From: Candidatus Jordarchaeia archaeon
Lineage (GTDB): Archaea > Asgardarchaeota > Jordiarchaeia > Jordiarchaeales > Jordiarchaeaceae
DNA: 40,287 nt
Assembly: GCA_029856435.1 (NCBI GenBank)
Contig: JAHQXB010000100.1
Coordinates: 1 to 40,287, forward strand
Reading direction: 5' to 3'
The notes beneath the pieces were generated by a model, which was given only the letters and a program-made list of their open reading frames with translations, was not told the DNA's origin and searched no databases. Positions 19,179 through 27,372 of this stretch are shown piece by piece; positions within the stretch are counted from its first letter, which is position 1, and every line of letters starts with the position of its first letter. Both the position numbers and the translations under genes were made by a program.

Positions 19179-19973
19179 TTAGGCGAGCAGTGATTGAAGT
19201 TGCTTAACCTTTTTCTCAAATATTTCTATAGCAGTTTCTACAATTTTTTCTGGAGGGAGCGCACCGGTAGATTCGATACTAAATATGAAGGAGGAGTCAT
19301 CCGCATCAACGTGAATGGCGTCAAATTCACATTTTTCTTCACATGACTTACACAGAGAACAATTTAAAACATCCTTAATCACAATTGATTTATTTTTCAG
19401 ATCCAAAACACCTTTTGGACAAATTGTTACGCATTCACCACAAGCTTCACATTTATCTCCCTCAAGTTGAACAATGGGCTTGTACTTGTAAGCACATGTA
19501 GAAACCGGTTGGTATTTTGCATGGTCTTTACCTTGGCCAAGAGAAGCGTAAGCTTCCAGCACTATACGTTGCCCCCGAGCCAAACGAACAATTGGGATTT
19601 TATCACTAACGGGAACTACTGAAGGATTTTGAGATTTCAAGTCTCCAGAATAAACCGTCACACCTTCCTCTTCCGCCTCCCTCTCAAGCGTGAAAGTTAG
19701 CTGACACTGTGTGCAACCAGCTCCCTGACAACTGCATTCTTCCGGTAAAACATAATTCTCTAAATCGGTCTTAAGAGGAATGAGACCCAAACGGTGTGCA
19801 AGAATTTCATCGAACAGCGGAGACGTATTCTCAATAATAATGACTTCTTCGATAGCCATAGTTGGCACTTCGGCTAAGATAATACGCCTTAAGGCATTGG
19901 CAAACGCTACATCAACATTTTCAAGCAGGAACCTTAGATAATTCGTGTCCTTAGATAATATTCGTATATTCAT
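19179..19973 (-). CDS. rpoD: RNA polymerase subunit D (Rpo3) with ferredoxin-like domain
   Basis: ANALRRIILAEVPTMAI, LAHRLGLIP, HAKYQP and two CxxCxxCxxxC motifs. Confidence 0.97.
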   Translation of the reverse strand: MNIRILSKDTNYLRFLLENVDVAFANALRRIILAEVPTMAIEEVIIIENTSPLFDEILAHRLGLIPLKTDLENYVLPEECSCQGAGCTQCQLTFTLEREAEEEGVTVYSGDLKSQNPSVVPVSDKIPIVRLARGQRIVLEAYASLGQGKDHAKYQPVSTCAYKYKPIVQLEGDKCEACGECVTICPKGVLDLKNKSIVIKDVLNCSLCKSCEEKCEFDAIHVDADDSSFIFSIESTGALPPEKIVETAIEIFEKKVKQLQSLLA

Positions 19974-20113
19974 AATCACACCAACGAACTAAATCAAAGT
20001 TAATAAAAATGATGCTCAACGTTATTAAGCATAAGTACACAACATATGAAATTATAATATAAAGGTACTTGGTCTACACTTAGGATTCTCGAGCTGAAAT
20101 AAATAACTGATTT

Positions 20114-20515
20114 TTAGACCCTCCGACCACGTCGACCTCCCGGTCTACGTGTGCCGTCATGTGGATATGGAGTTACCTCTTCGATTCGCCCAATTCTCAA
20201 TCCAGCCCTAGCCAAGGCACGTATCGCTGCTTGAGCCCCCGGCCCCGGTGTTTTGGGACCATGTCCACCCGGTGCTCTGACATAAATGTGTATTGCTGTG
20301 ATACCCTTATCCATAGCTGCTTGTGCTGCCCTGTAAGCTGCTTGCATAGCAGCGTAGGGAGAGGACTCGTCCCGATCAGCTTTTACAATCATACCTCCTG
20401 AGTAGCGCGCGATTGTTTCGGCACCGGAAATGTCCGTTATGTGAACTATGGTATCGTTATAAGAGGAGTATATGCGAGCAATACCCCAGTGAGGTTTTTT
20501 GGATTTTTCGCTCAT
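20114..20515 (-). CDS. rps11: 30S ribosomal protein S11 (uS11)
   Basis: [10 protein letters not shown] and GGRRGRRV motifs. Confidence 0.98.
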   Translation of the reverse strand: MSEKSKKPHWGIARIYSSYNDTIVHITDISGAETIARYSGGMIVKADRDESSPYAAMQAAYRAAQAAMDKGITAIHIYVRAPGGHGPKTPGPGAQAAIRALARAGLRIGRIEEVTPYPHDGTRRPGGRRGRRV

Positions 20516-20542
20516 TTTTCATTCCCCTTAATTCAAATATTA

Positions 20543-21070
20543 TCATCCTTCAACTTTAGTTTTGACGCGTTCAGGATGGTTGGGGTCGCTTAGCGGTGAA
20601 GAAGGGGCGAAGGACACCAAACTCTCTTCCTCTCTAGTTACTAAGTATCCCGGCGAAGTTACGCGTCTATTATCTATTGCTATGTGTCCATGTGTTATAA
20701 GTTGCCTTGCATGATAAATGGATTTGGACAACCCCAACTTATTGACTATTGTCTGTAACCTCCTACCTAATAAATCTTCAATGTTAAGTTTGAGAACATC
20801 ATCCAAGGAAGCTTCAAGATTTAGTATCCCTAAATGGTGAAGTCTTCCCACCAATAATTTCCTTGATTTTTCTTGTTCCTCGTCGGGAAGGGCAAGGCAG
20901 CGTCTAGCCTGATCCCTAAAGTTGCTGAGCATTGTGCTTGCGCGCCAAATCTCTCTCTTATTCCTTAAACCATACTTACCTATGAGAATTAGTTCACTGT
21001 GTATTCTATCCTTCTGGAAAGGATGCCTTGGAGTCTTGTACTTCTTTCTATGTTTCTTAGGATCGCCCGT
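20543..21070 (-). CDS. rps4: 30S ribosomal protein S4 (uS4); probable ACG start (alternative GTG 21079)
   Basis: GDPKKHRKKY, YGLRNKREIW, RRLQT and ARQLITHGHI motifs. Confidence 0.96.
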   Translation of the reverse strand, partial: TGDPKKHRKKYKTPRHPFQKDRIHSELILIGKYGLRNKREIWRASTMLSNFRDQARRCLALPDEEQEKSRKLLVGRLHHLGILNLEASLDDVLKLNIEDLLGRRLQTIVNKLGLSKSIYHARQLITHGHIAIDNRRVTSPGYLVTREEESLVSFAPSSPLSDPNHPERVKTKVEG

Positions 21071-21086
21071 TTCAATCACCTCAAGT

Positions 21087-21539
21087 CTACTTTTTCTTTC
21101 TCCTTACACCCACGGTTTGACCTTTACGTCCCGTAGTTTTGGTGTGCTGTCCTCTTACCTTGAGTCCTAAGGCGTGACGTATACCCCTGTAACTCTTCAT
21201 TTTTCTCATATCATCAATGTCTGTTTTAATGGCTAAAGTGAGATCAGAACCAGTGAGATGTAAATATTCACCAGAACTTACGTCCTTCTGTCGATTAACC
21301 ATCCATTTAGGAATACCATATTTTACGGGGTTGGCCAAAACCTCCTCAATTTTTCTAACATCTTGTTCCGAAATAAACCCCATTCTAATGTTAGGATCAA
21401 GCCCGACTACCCGTATTATGGACTCCGCTAACCTAATGCCCACTCCTTTAATTCCAGTCAAAGCATAGGCTAGCTTTTTTGAACCGTCCAAATCTGTACC
21501 AGCAACTCGAACAAGATAACGGTACTCTTCCGACGACAA
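21087..21539 (-). CDS. rps13: 30S ribosomal protein S13 (uS13)
   Basis: LTGIKGVG and YRGIRHALGLKVRGQHTKTTGR motifs. Confidence 0.98.
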   Translation of the reverse strand: MSSEEYRYLVRVAGTDLDGSKKLAYALTGIKGVGIRLAESIIRVVGLDPNIRMGFISEQDVRKIEEVLANPVKYGIPKWMVNRQKDVSSGEYLHLTGSDLTLAIKTDIDDMRKMKSYRGIRHALGLKVRGQHTKTTGRKGQTVGVRRKKK

Positions 21540-21765
21540 TTGTAAACACTCCTTATTAGGGAATCAAAAACAACAAAACACCAAATAAACTTTACGTACA
21601 GCGTTTAACAGCAGAAAATAGTAAAACCACTAAAAAAATAAATATATCGCCCATTTTCACAGAAAACAAATAAATACCCTAAGAACTTTAAACTAAAAGG
21701 TAGCTAAAATTCACAAAAATTGAGAAAAATGTTAAAATGAAGATGCCGGGGTAACCAAGTGGATC

Positions 21766-21783
21766 ACGTTACAGGCGTACAAA
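21766..21783 (+). other. tRNA intron 1 in the D-loop (18-19 nt; boundary uncertain)
   Basis: Removal is needed to restore the ACC/GGT D stem; best BHB-like fold has central TGGA/TACA (one mismatch) and inner CG/CG. Confidence 0.6.
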
Positions 21784-21793
21784 AACGGTGCAG

Positions 21794-21818
21794 ATACTTA
21801 TTAATGTAGTTAGCACAA
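21794..21818 (+). other. tRNA intron 2 at position 29/30 (25 nt)
   Basis: Central helix GTGC/GCAC, bulges AG^A and AA^G; removal gives CAGGC. Confidence 0.85.
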
Positions 21819-21826
21819 GCCTGGAG

Positions 21827-21838
21827 AATACACTAGTA
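21827..21838 (+). other. tRNA intron 3 at canonical position 37/38 (12 nt)
   Basis: Central helix CTGG/CTAG, bulges AG^A and TA^A; no inner helix. Confidence 0.85.
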
Positions 21839-21872
21839 AGCCTGTGGTCCGAAAGGATCGCGCGAGTTCGAA

Positions 21873-21900
21873 AGGAAAATACTTATTATTTACCCGAGTG
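21873..21900 (+). other. tRNA intron 4 at position 59/60 in the T-loop (28 nt)
   Basis: Outer helix GCGAG/CTCGC, central TTCG/CGAG, bulges AA^A and TG^T; removal restores TTCGAAT. Confidence 0.9.
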
Positions 21901-21991
21901 TCTCGCCCCCGGCGCCAATAACTACTCCTTTCAGTGGCCGGAACATATTTTGACTTCCTAAAACTAGTTAGGAATAACTGGATTCGGATGC

Positions 21992-23042
21992 TTATCCCTC
22001 AGTTTCCTCGCTTCTATCATGTTTTTTCCACATAGGAGGGTAGGTTCCCGGCTCCATTAAGACACGGTTTATTTCCACCACAACCCCATGGTTTGAGGCG
22101 TACATTTCTTGACTGCTCATTTTTGCTATTCCCAATGCTACAGCTTCATTTTTAAGCGTGAAGATTGAAACTAGATCACCAGCTTTTATCTCACTCTCTA
22201 GTTTAACTATTCCAGGAGCGGTTAGATTTGCGCCGTGACAAAGAGAATCTACGGCAGAGTCTCGTATAAAAATTTTAGGTATATGCTCCAGTGCATTTTC
22301 CATTGGTTGGATAATTTTTCTAAGGAATGATTCGTCTCCATCTTCCTTCCAGAAATGGTAAGCATCAACGAGGTCGTATAGGTTTGTTATAGTATCTTCT
22401 TTAAAAGGCCCTGTTCGGGTGCGTCTAAGTTCTCTCATGTGGGCGCCACAACCTAAAACCTCACCAATGTCGTGGCAGAGCTTTCTTATGTAGGTGCCGG
22501 CCTCACAACCAACACGCAAGAGCCCATTTCTACCCTCTAATTCATTTAGTTCAATATAATATATTTCCCTAATCCTCACCCTCCTTTTAACCGAGGAGCG
22601 AAGCGGTGGACGTTGATAAATTTGTCCCGCAAACTCGTTTACAACTTCTCTCAATCTACTTTCAGACACATCCCCGTGCAGCCGAATTACACAAACATAC
22701 TCTTTCCCAGCCGGAAGAAGAGCTTGAACTACTTTAGTTGCAGATTCTAAAGCCACAGGAAGCACACCAGTGACTTTGGGATTTCACTGCCCCCTATGCT
22801 TCTGAAGGAAGCTCTAGTGTCCCAGCGTGGCCTGCCTTCTTAACATTTAAGATTTTTTTGACCCAGCTAACCACTTCATGCGAGGTGGGACCCGGAGGCT
22901 TGTCAACATTGACTATCCCGTTTTTTATATAATCTTCTATTTGACGTTCGTTGGGTGGAGTTCCATACTCCGGACTAGTGACCGCGTTAGCCTTCTGGAG
23001 TATCTCTCTTTTCTTGTCGCTGGGTAAAAAACGCTCGACCAT
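21992..23042 (-). CDS. cbf5: H/ACA RNP pseudouridine synthase Cbf5 (TruB family), intron-containing: join(23042..22814, 22782..21992), 339 aa
   Basis: Spliced junction restores [15 protein letters not shown]; [12 protein letters not shown] and [12 protein letters not shown] motifs; C-terminal PUA domain. Confidence 0.95.
22783..22813 (-). other. 31-nt BHB mRNA intron in cbf5
   Basis: GGGA CACU AG^A GCUUCCU-UCAGAAGCAU-AGGGGGC AGUG AA^A UCCC: canonical BHB; frameshifting and contains UAG. Confidence 0.93.
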
Positions 23043-23093
23043 TATCCATCCCCACTAAGTTTTTAAAATAAAAATAAAAATATTGGGTTACAT

Positions 23094-23387
23094 TTACCGC
23101 ATAAGTCTTAGATTCACTTTTACTTCTTGCTTCATTAAATCCAACAACCCTGCTTTTTCTAGCGCACTAATGATTTCGCTGTCTTCAGCCCCACGTTTGA
23201 TATCAATTTTGTTTTCTGTAACCTCCAAGTGTTTTATATTCGCTCTGCGTCTTCTAACCTTGTTTAGTGAGGGGGGCCCTGTAATGAGAACATAGTTTTT
23301 GTCGATGACCTCTACTATTATGCATTTTTTGCCAGCTTCTCTTCCCATTAATTTCACGCAAATTCTTCCCGGTTCAATTGCAACCAT
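23094..23387 (-). CDS. rpl14e: 50S ribosomal protein L14e
   Basis: [19 protein letters not shown] and [12 protein letters not shown] motifs. Confidence 0.96.
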   Translation of the reverse strand: MVAIEPGRICVKLMGREAGKKCIIVEVIDKNYVLITGPPSLNKVRRRRANIKHLEVTENKIDIKRGAEDSEIISALEKAGLLDLMKQEVKVNLRLMR

Positions 23388-23448
23388 TTTCTAAACCTCC
23401 AGTCGCTCTCGAGTCTTCCTTCCAGGTCACCCTAGTAGGTTCAATCTC

Positions 23449-23991
23449 TTAGGAGGACGAGGCAATATATTCTTCTACCACTGTCTTTAAAATCTTTACT
23501 ATAGAATCAAGCGACCACAAATCGGTATTAATTATCACGTCAAAAATTGAGTGGTCATCAATGTTAATGTTATAAATTTTTTTAAATCTCTCCTTTTCAC
23601 TCTTCTCTCTAGCAAGAGTTTCTTCTAAAGCCTCCTCATAAGACTTATTATCCCTTTTGGCTAATCTTCTGACCCTTACTTCGAGTGGGGCGGTCAGTAA
23701 TATCTTTATATCAGCATACTCTTGTGCCATCCAGGCGCTCAAACGAGCATCAATAATTACGTTTCCTTTTTTTGCCACCTTAATAGTTTCCTCATCAATC
23801 TGACGATCTATCTCAGGATTATTCTCGACATAGGAGCTAAATTCTTCTAGACTCATACCTTTCTCTTTGGCTAAACGACGGAAAATTTCTCCCGAAGAAA
23901 CGTATCTTAAATTAAAGATTTCAGCTAAGAGCTTGGCACAGGCAGATTTACCCACGCCATGCTCCCCGCTAATTGTTATAACAATACCCAC
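23449..23991 (-). CDS. cmk: Cytidylate kinase (archaeal type)
   Basis: P-loop ISGEHGVGKS, SSGEIFR and DARLSAW motifs; conserved position after L34e. Confidence 0.93.
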   Translation of the reverse strand: MGIVITISGEHGVGKSACAKLLAEIFNLRYVSSGEIFRRLAKEKGMSLEEFSSYVENNPEIDRQIDEETIKVAKKGNVIIDARLSAWMAQEYADIKILLTAPLEVRVRRLAKRDNKSYEEALEETLAREKSEKERFKKIYNINIDDHSIFDVIINTDLWSLDSIVKILKTVVEEYIASSS

Positions 23992-24257
23992 TACTCGTTG
24001 CCCCTAACACTAATCTTATAAAACGATTTTAAACATCTAGAGCAGAGGTACCCACCATAAGGCCTGTCTGGTCGCCTCTGAGTCTTCGACTTTAAATGTG
24101 AAACACTTTCACTCCAACATCCCGAAAGAAGCGCGCCGCAGGAAGCACAAACGGGTTTATTAGCCTTCCTTCTGCGATAATGGGTTACAAGTTTCCCACC
24201 TGAAGTTCTAACTTTTTTTCTCAGCATAGATCTGGATCTATATTTTGGACTAGGCAA
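23991..24257 (-). CDS. rpl34e: 50S ribosomal protein L34e
   Basis: PKYRSRS, CASCG and RPDRPYGGYLCSRC motifs; TTG start. Confidence 0.95.
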   Translation of the reverse strand: MPSPKYRSRSMLRKKVRTSGGKLVTHYRRRKANKPVCASCGALLSGCWSESVSHLKSKTQRRPDRPYGGYLCSRCLKSFYKISVRGNE

Positions 24258-24273
24258 CTCATCCATCACCATC

Positions 24274-24957
24274 CTAAGTTTCAAAATTTACTCCAAACAA
24301 TCGCTGAAAAATCCCAGCAAAAGCAAAGTTAGTAATAAAGTACCACCAAATGAAGAAAATTCCGAAACCGGGAATTAGACACCAAGCATCAGCAGCAATT
24401 GGTACGTTTAAACCTATTACGTAGTGGAAAAACGTGTACCACTCTGATGGCATCGCAAAAAGGTAAACTCCTGGAAAGTAGCCCAACCCGCCCATCTGCC
24501 AAATTAACCAGTTAATGTCCAAATACTGTGGACCGACAAGCCCTCCAAGCATCCCCTCAGGGATACCAGGTAATCGAGCTAAATTAATTGGAAGCACCGC
24601 AACAATGGAGGGAATCACACGCTCAAATCCGGGAAAACCATATAAGCCATATAGATAGTAGAACAAAGCCATAAAGGGTATCATGTAAATAAGGGTTGGT
24701 TTCATCCGCGTGGATGCTTGTTCTCTCTGAATTCTCTCAATGAATTTTCGTTTCCTCTCAAGCTTCAATATTAATTTTTGGTTATTCTCCTTTTTCGCAT
24801 TAGCCATTGCTTCGCGCCATTTCCTTATCTCTCTACTATATCTACGAATCTTAGCCACTGGTAAAACTAACCTGTTAACAGCGCTCGCTGTGACGCTGAG
24901 CAAGAGAGAAGCACCCAAGACGACCCACATTGACCCCGGAGGAACACTAAAACTCAT
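24274..24957 (-). CDS. DUF106/EMC3-TMCO1 (Oxa1 superfamily) membrane protein
   Basis: TM - basic coiled coil - MKPTLIYMIPF TM - WWYF TM architecture; conserved position between adk and L34e. Confidence 0.85.
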   Translation of the reverse strand: MSFSVPPGSMWVVLGASLLLSVTASAVNRLVLPVAKIRRYSREIRKWREAMANAKKENNQKLILKLERKRKFIERIQREQASTRMKPTLIYMIPFMALFYYLYGLYGFPGFERVIPSIVAVLPINLARLPGIPEGMLGGLVGPQYLDINWLIWQMGGLGYFPGVYLFAMPSEWYTFFHYVIGLNVPIAADAWCLIPGFGIFFIWWYFITNFAFAGIFQRLFGVNFET

Positions 24958-24986
24958 TTTAACACCTTCTCATATTAATACGTACT

Positions 24987-25589
24987 TTATCTCTTTAAGG
25001 ACTTAAATAACTTGACGGTCTCAGCCGCAGCCTCTTTTGCTTTTCCATCGTGGTTCATAATTATCTTGACTGTTGAACCCGCTATCTCAGCACAGGCCAA
25101 GGCAGCTGACCTACACATTTGCTGGTGTAGATTTATATCCTCGACAGATTCAACATCACGGTTTCTAGTAGTATCCTTACTCCGTCTACCAGCTATCTCT
25201 TCGGGAAAAGCCTCCACTAATATGATGATATTAGGGCAGAGAGCCTCAACAACCCACATAGGAAGACCGGGCAAGAAGCCTTCAGGTGTCCTGATTAGCA
25301 TATGAGTGTCCACAATTACAATCTTGTCTCTAGCCATATTCGCAATTTTTTCAGCTGCCGAACGCTGTATCTTACGCTGGATTTCAGCGGGCAAACTTCT
25401 CATTTGATCTCTATTCTCTACCAAGCCACTGGATTTGGCTTCTTCAAACATAACTGTTCCATAATTCACAAGTACAACTTCACCCAAGCCTAAAGACTTT
25501 AGCGTTTCAAGCGCAGCTTCTAGAACTGTGGTTTTGCCACTACCCGGCAATCCGGTCAAAATGAATACTTTACCTTGTCTGTCAGTCAA
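24987..25589 (-). CDS. adkA: Adenylate kinase (archaeal type)
   Basis: GLPGSGKTT, NYGTVM, RDQMR, VDTH and PEGFLPGLP motifs. Confidence 0.96.
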   Translation of the reverse strand: MTDRQGKVFILTGLPGSGKTTVLEAALETLKSLGLGEVVLVNYGTVMFEEAKSSGLVENRDQMRSLPAEIQRKIQRSAAEKIANMARDKIVIVDTHMLIRTPEGFLPGLPMWVVEALCPNIIILVEAFPEEIAGRRSKDTTRNRDVESVEDINLHQQMCRSAALACAEIAGSTVKIIMNHDGKAKEAAAETVKLFKSLKR

Positions 25590-25601
25590 GTAGAAATCCT
25601 C

Positions 25602-27278
25602 CTACTTTATACCTAGCAACCCTCTCAAAGCGGGGTTAATAGTAGCAAGCTGCTCCTGAGCAATGATTTGATAATACTGATAAATAATACCCACCGTTAA
25701 CAGCATTCCTACCCCTGAGCCCAGGGCCCCTGCAAAATCAGCCAAGGCAGCCAAAACGCCAACACCTATACCTCCAAGAATTGTGACCACTGGAATGTAT
25801 CTATCCAATATTTTTTCAATAATTACAGGTGATCTTCTGAAACCAGGCACCATCATCCCTGCTTGAATGAGCTGGTTTGCTATATCCTTGGGACTTAATC
25901 CTGATACGTCAATCCATATGTATGCAAAGAGCCCACAGAAACCAGCGAATAACAGAAGATAGACTCCCGCTCTCACTGGGTCGGCGAACACAGAGGGTAA
26001 ACCATGTGGTGTTGTAAGATAGTACACTAGACCCCCATAGGGTGTGAATTGGCCCTGAGTTCCCCAAGAGGGAATAAACTGGCCAAAAAGGTTCACTATG
26101 GGATTGAAGTTCCAACCAACATTATACTGAGCTACCCATGAATACTGTACCAACAAATTGGGGTCGCCTAGCAATGCTAGGTAATTGTAGAAGGACTGAA
26201 AACCATAATTGGTCCATAAGACTTGAGCTATAATTAGAGCATTTGCATAAAGGGCCCAAACTAGGATAATAGGTATATTCGAGGTATAGAAGAATTTTAT
26301 GGGATAACGTCCTCGAAAACCACGATAACGAGCATATTGCAGGGGAATTTCAACCCTCACAGACTCAACATAAACTACAACCAGAAAGGTTATGAAGCTA
26401 GCAATTAAACCAATCAAGTCTGGTTGACCGTATCCTCGATTAAAGAGATGCCAAATATCTGCATGAGGATATATAAGGTCAAAAATAAATGCTACTCTAG
26501 CCCACTCAACAGCCGTAGGAAGCCCATTTATAAAATATGTGAAATCGGTGATACCTGTAGGTGGATAGAGGGTTCTAAACTGGCTAATTGTTTGTTGGAA
26601 TACTCTATATGTATAGCTGTAAGGAAATGTAAGGGTTTGAATAGTTGCAAGGAGTATACCGCTGGCAAGAAAGTCGTAGGGGCTTGTGGTAGTGTTAAAA
26701 CACCCCCAAAATATTTGCCCCGCAACATTTGCAGCGATAAATAAGCTCACTCCACTGCCAAGGCCCCAGCCCTTCTGAATTGTTTCATCCATTAATATAA
26801 GAAGAGTCCCCGCAACTGTGAGCTGAACAAAAACTAGGAGCATTTTATCACCAGAGAGTTGTCCGTAAGCGCCGGAGATTATGTAAATTGCAGCCTGCAC
26901 TACTGTAACTAGAAAAGCTAATATCTTCTGTGTTCCAGTAAAAAGAGCGCGATCCTCAGGATTGCCATATTCCATCTGAATCAGCCTAGAGCCGACAAGC
27001 AGCTGCATTATTAACCCCGCTGTCACTATCGGTCCAATACCAAGCTCCATTAGAGTACCACGTGAAGACGCAAGAATTACACGCATAAAATAGAGGTAGT
27101 CATACCCTTGCTCCGTTTGAATACCGTATAGAGGAGTGTTAGCCATTACGAGAAAAATTATGAGTATTACTCCAGTCCAGAGAAGCTTTTCTCTAAAGGA
27201 TACTTGACGTTCAGGGGCTCTTATCTCTGGAAAGAACTTTATTATAGGCTTAAAGGCACTTAGAAACAGTCCCGGCAT
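25602..27278 (-). CDS. secY: Preprotein translocase SecY/Sec61alpha (enlarged loops)
   Basis: GTLMELGIGPIVTAGLI, GWGLGSGVSLFI, YTSNIPII and PGFRRS motifs. Confidence 0.97.
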   Translation of the reverse strand: MPGLFLSAFKPIIKFFPEIRAPERQVSFREKLLWTGVILIIFLVMANTPLYGIQTEQGYDYLYFMRVILASSRGTLMELGIGPIVTAGLIMQLLVGSRLIQMEYGNPEDRALFTGTQKILAFLVTVVQAAIYIISGAYGQLSGDKMLLVFVQLTVAGTLLILMDETIQKGWGLGSGVSLFIAANVAGQIFWGCFNTTTSPYDFLASGILLATIQTLTFPYSYTYRVFQQTISQFRTLYPPTGITDFTYFINGLPTAVEWARVAFIFDLIYPHADIWHLFNRGYGQPDLIGLIASFITFLVVVYVESVRVEIPLQYARYRGFRGRYPIKFFYTSNIPIILVWALYANALIIAQVLWTNYGFQSFYNYLALLGDPNLLVQYSWVAQYNVGWNFNPIVNLFGQFIPSWGTQGQFTPYGGLVYYLTTPHGLPSVFADPVRAGVYLLLFAGFCGLFAYIWIDVSGLSPKDIANQLIQAGMMVPGFRRSPVIIEKILDRYIPVVTILGGIGVGVLAALADFAGALGSGVGMLLTVGIIYQYYQIIAQEQLATINPALRGLLGIK

Positions 27279-27350
27279 TTCTCATTTCAGCCTCGGCTTT
27301 TTTTGGTTTGACGCATCATTTGGCTTTGTGGAGTAAAGTGGATATAGTTT

Positions 27351-27372
27351 TCTTTATATTTTTTGCTATTAA
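27351..27372 (-). promoter_or_regulatory. BRE/TATA promoter upstream of secY
   Basis: Minus strand TTAATAGCAAAAAATATAAAGA, identical to 27975-27996. Confidence 0.65.

Larger units (their letters stand above)
21745..21917 (+). tRNA. tRNA-Ser(GGA) with four introns, CCA encoded
   Basis: After removing about 21766-21783/4, 21794-21818, 21827-21838 and 21873-21900: acceptor GCCGGGG/CCCCGGC, D stem ACC/GGT, anticodon stem CAGGC/GCCTG with loop CT-GGA-GA, long variable arm GGTCC-GAAA-GGATC, T arm GCGAG-TTCGAAT-CTCGC, discriminator G. Confidence 0.9.

Noticed and set aside
21992-23042. cbf5 split as a sequencing frameshift or programmed frameshift
   Set aside because: The 31 extra nt form a canonical BHB at the known intron site; a simple indel or slippery site would not explain them.
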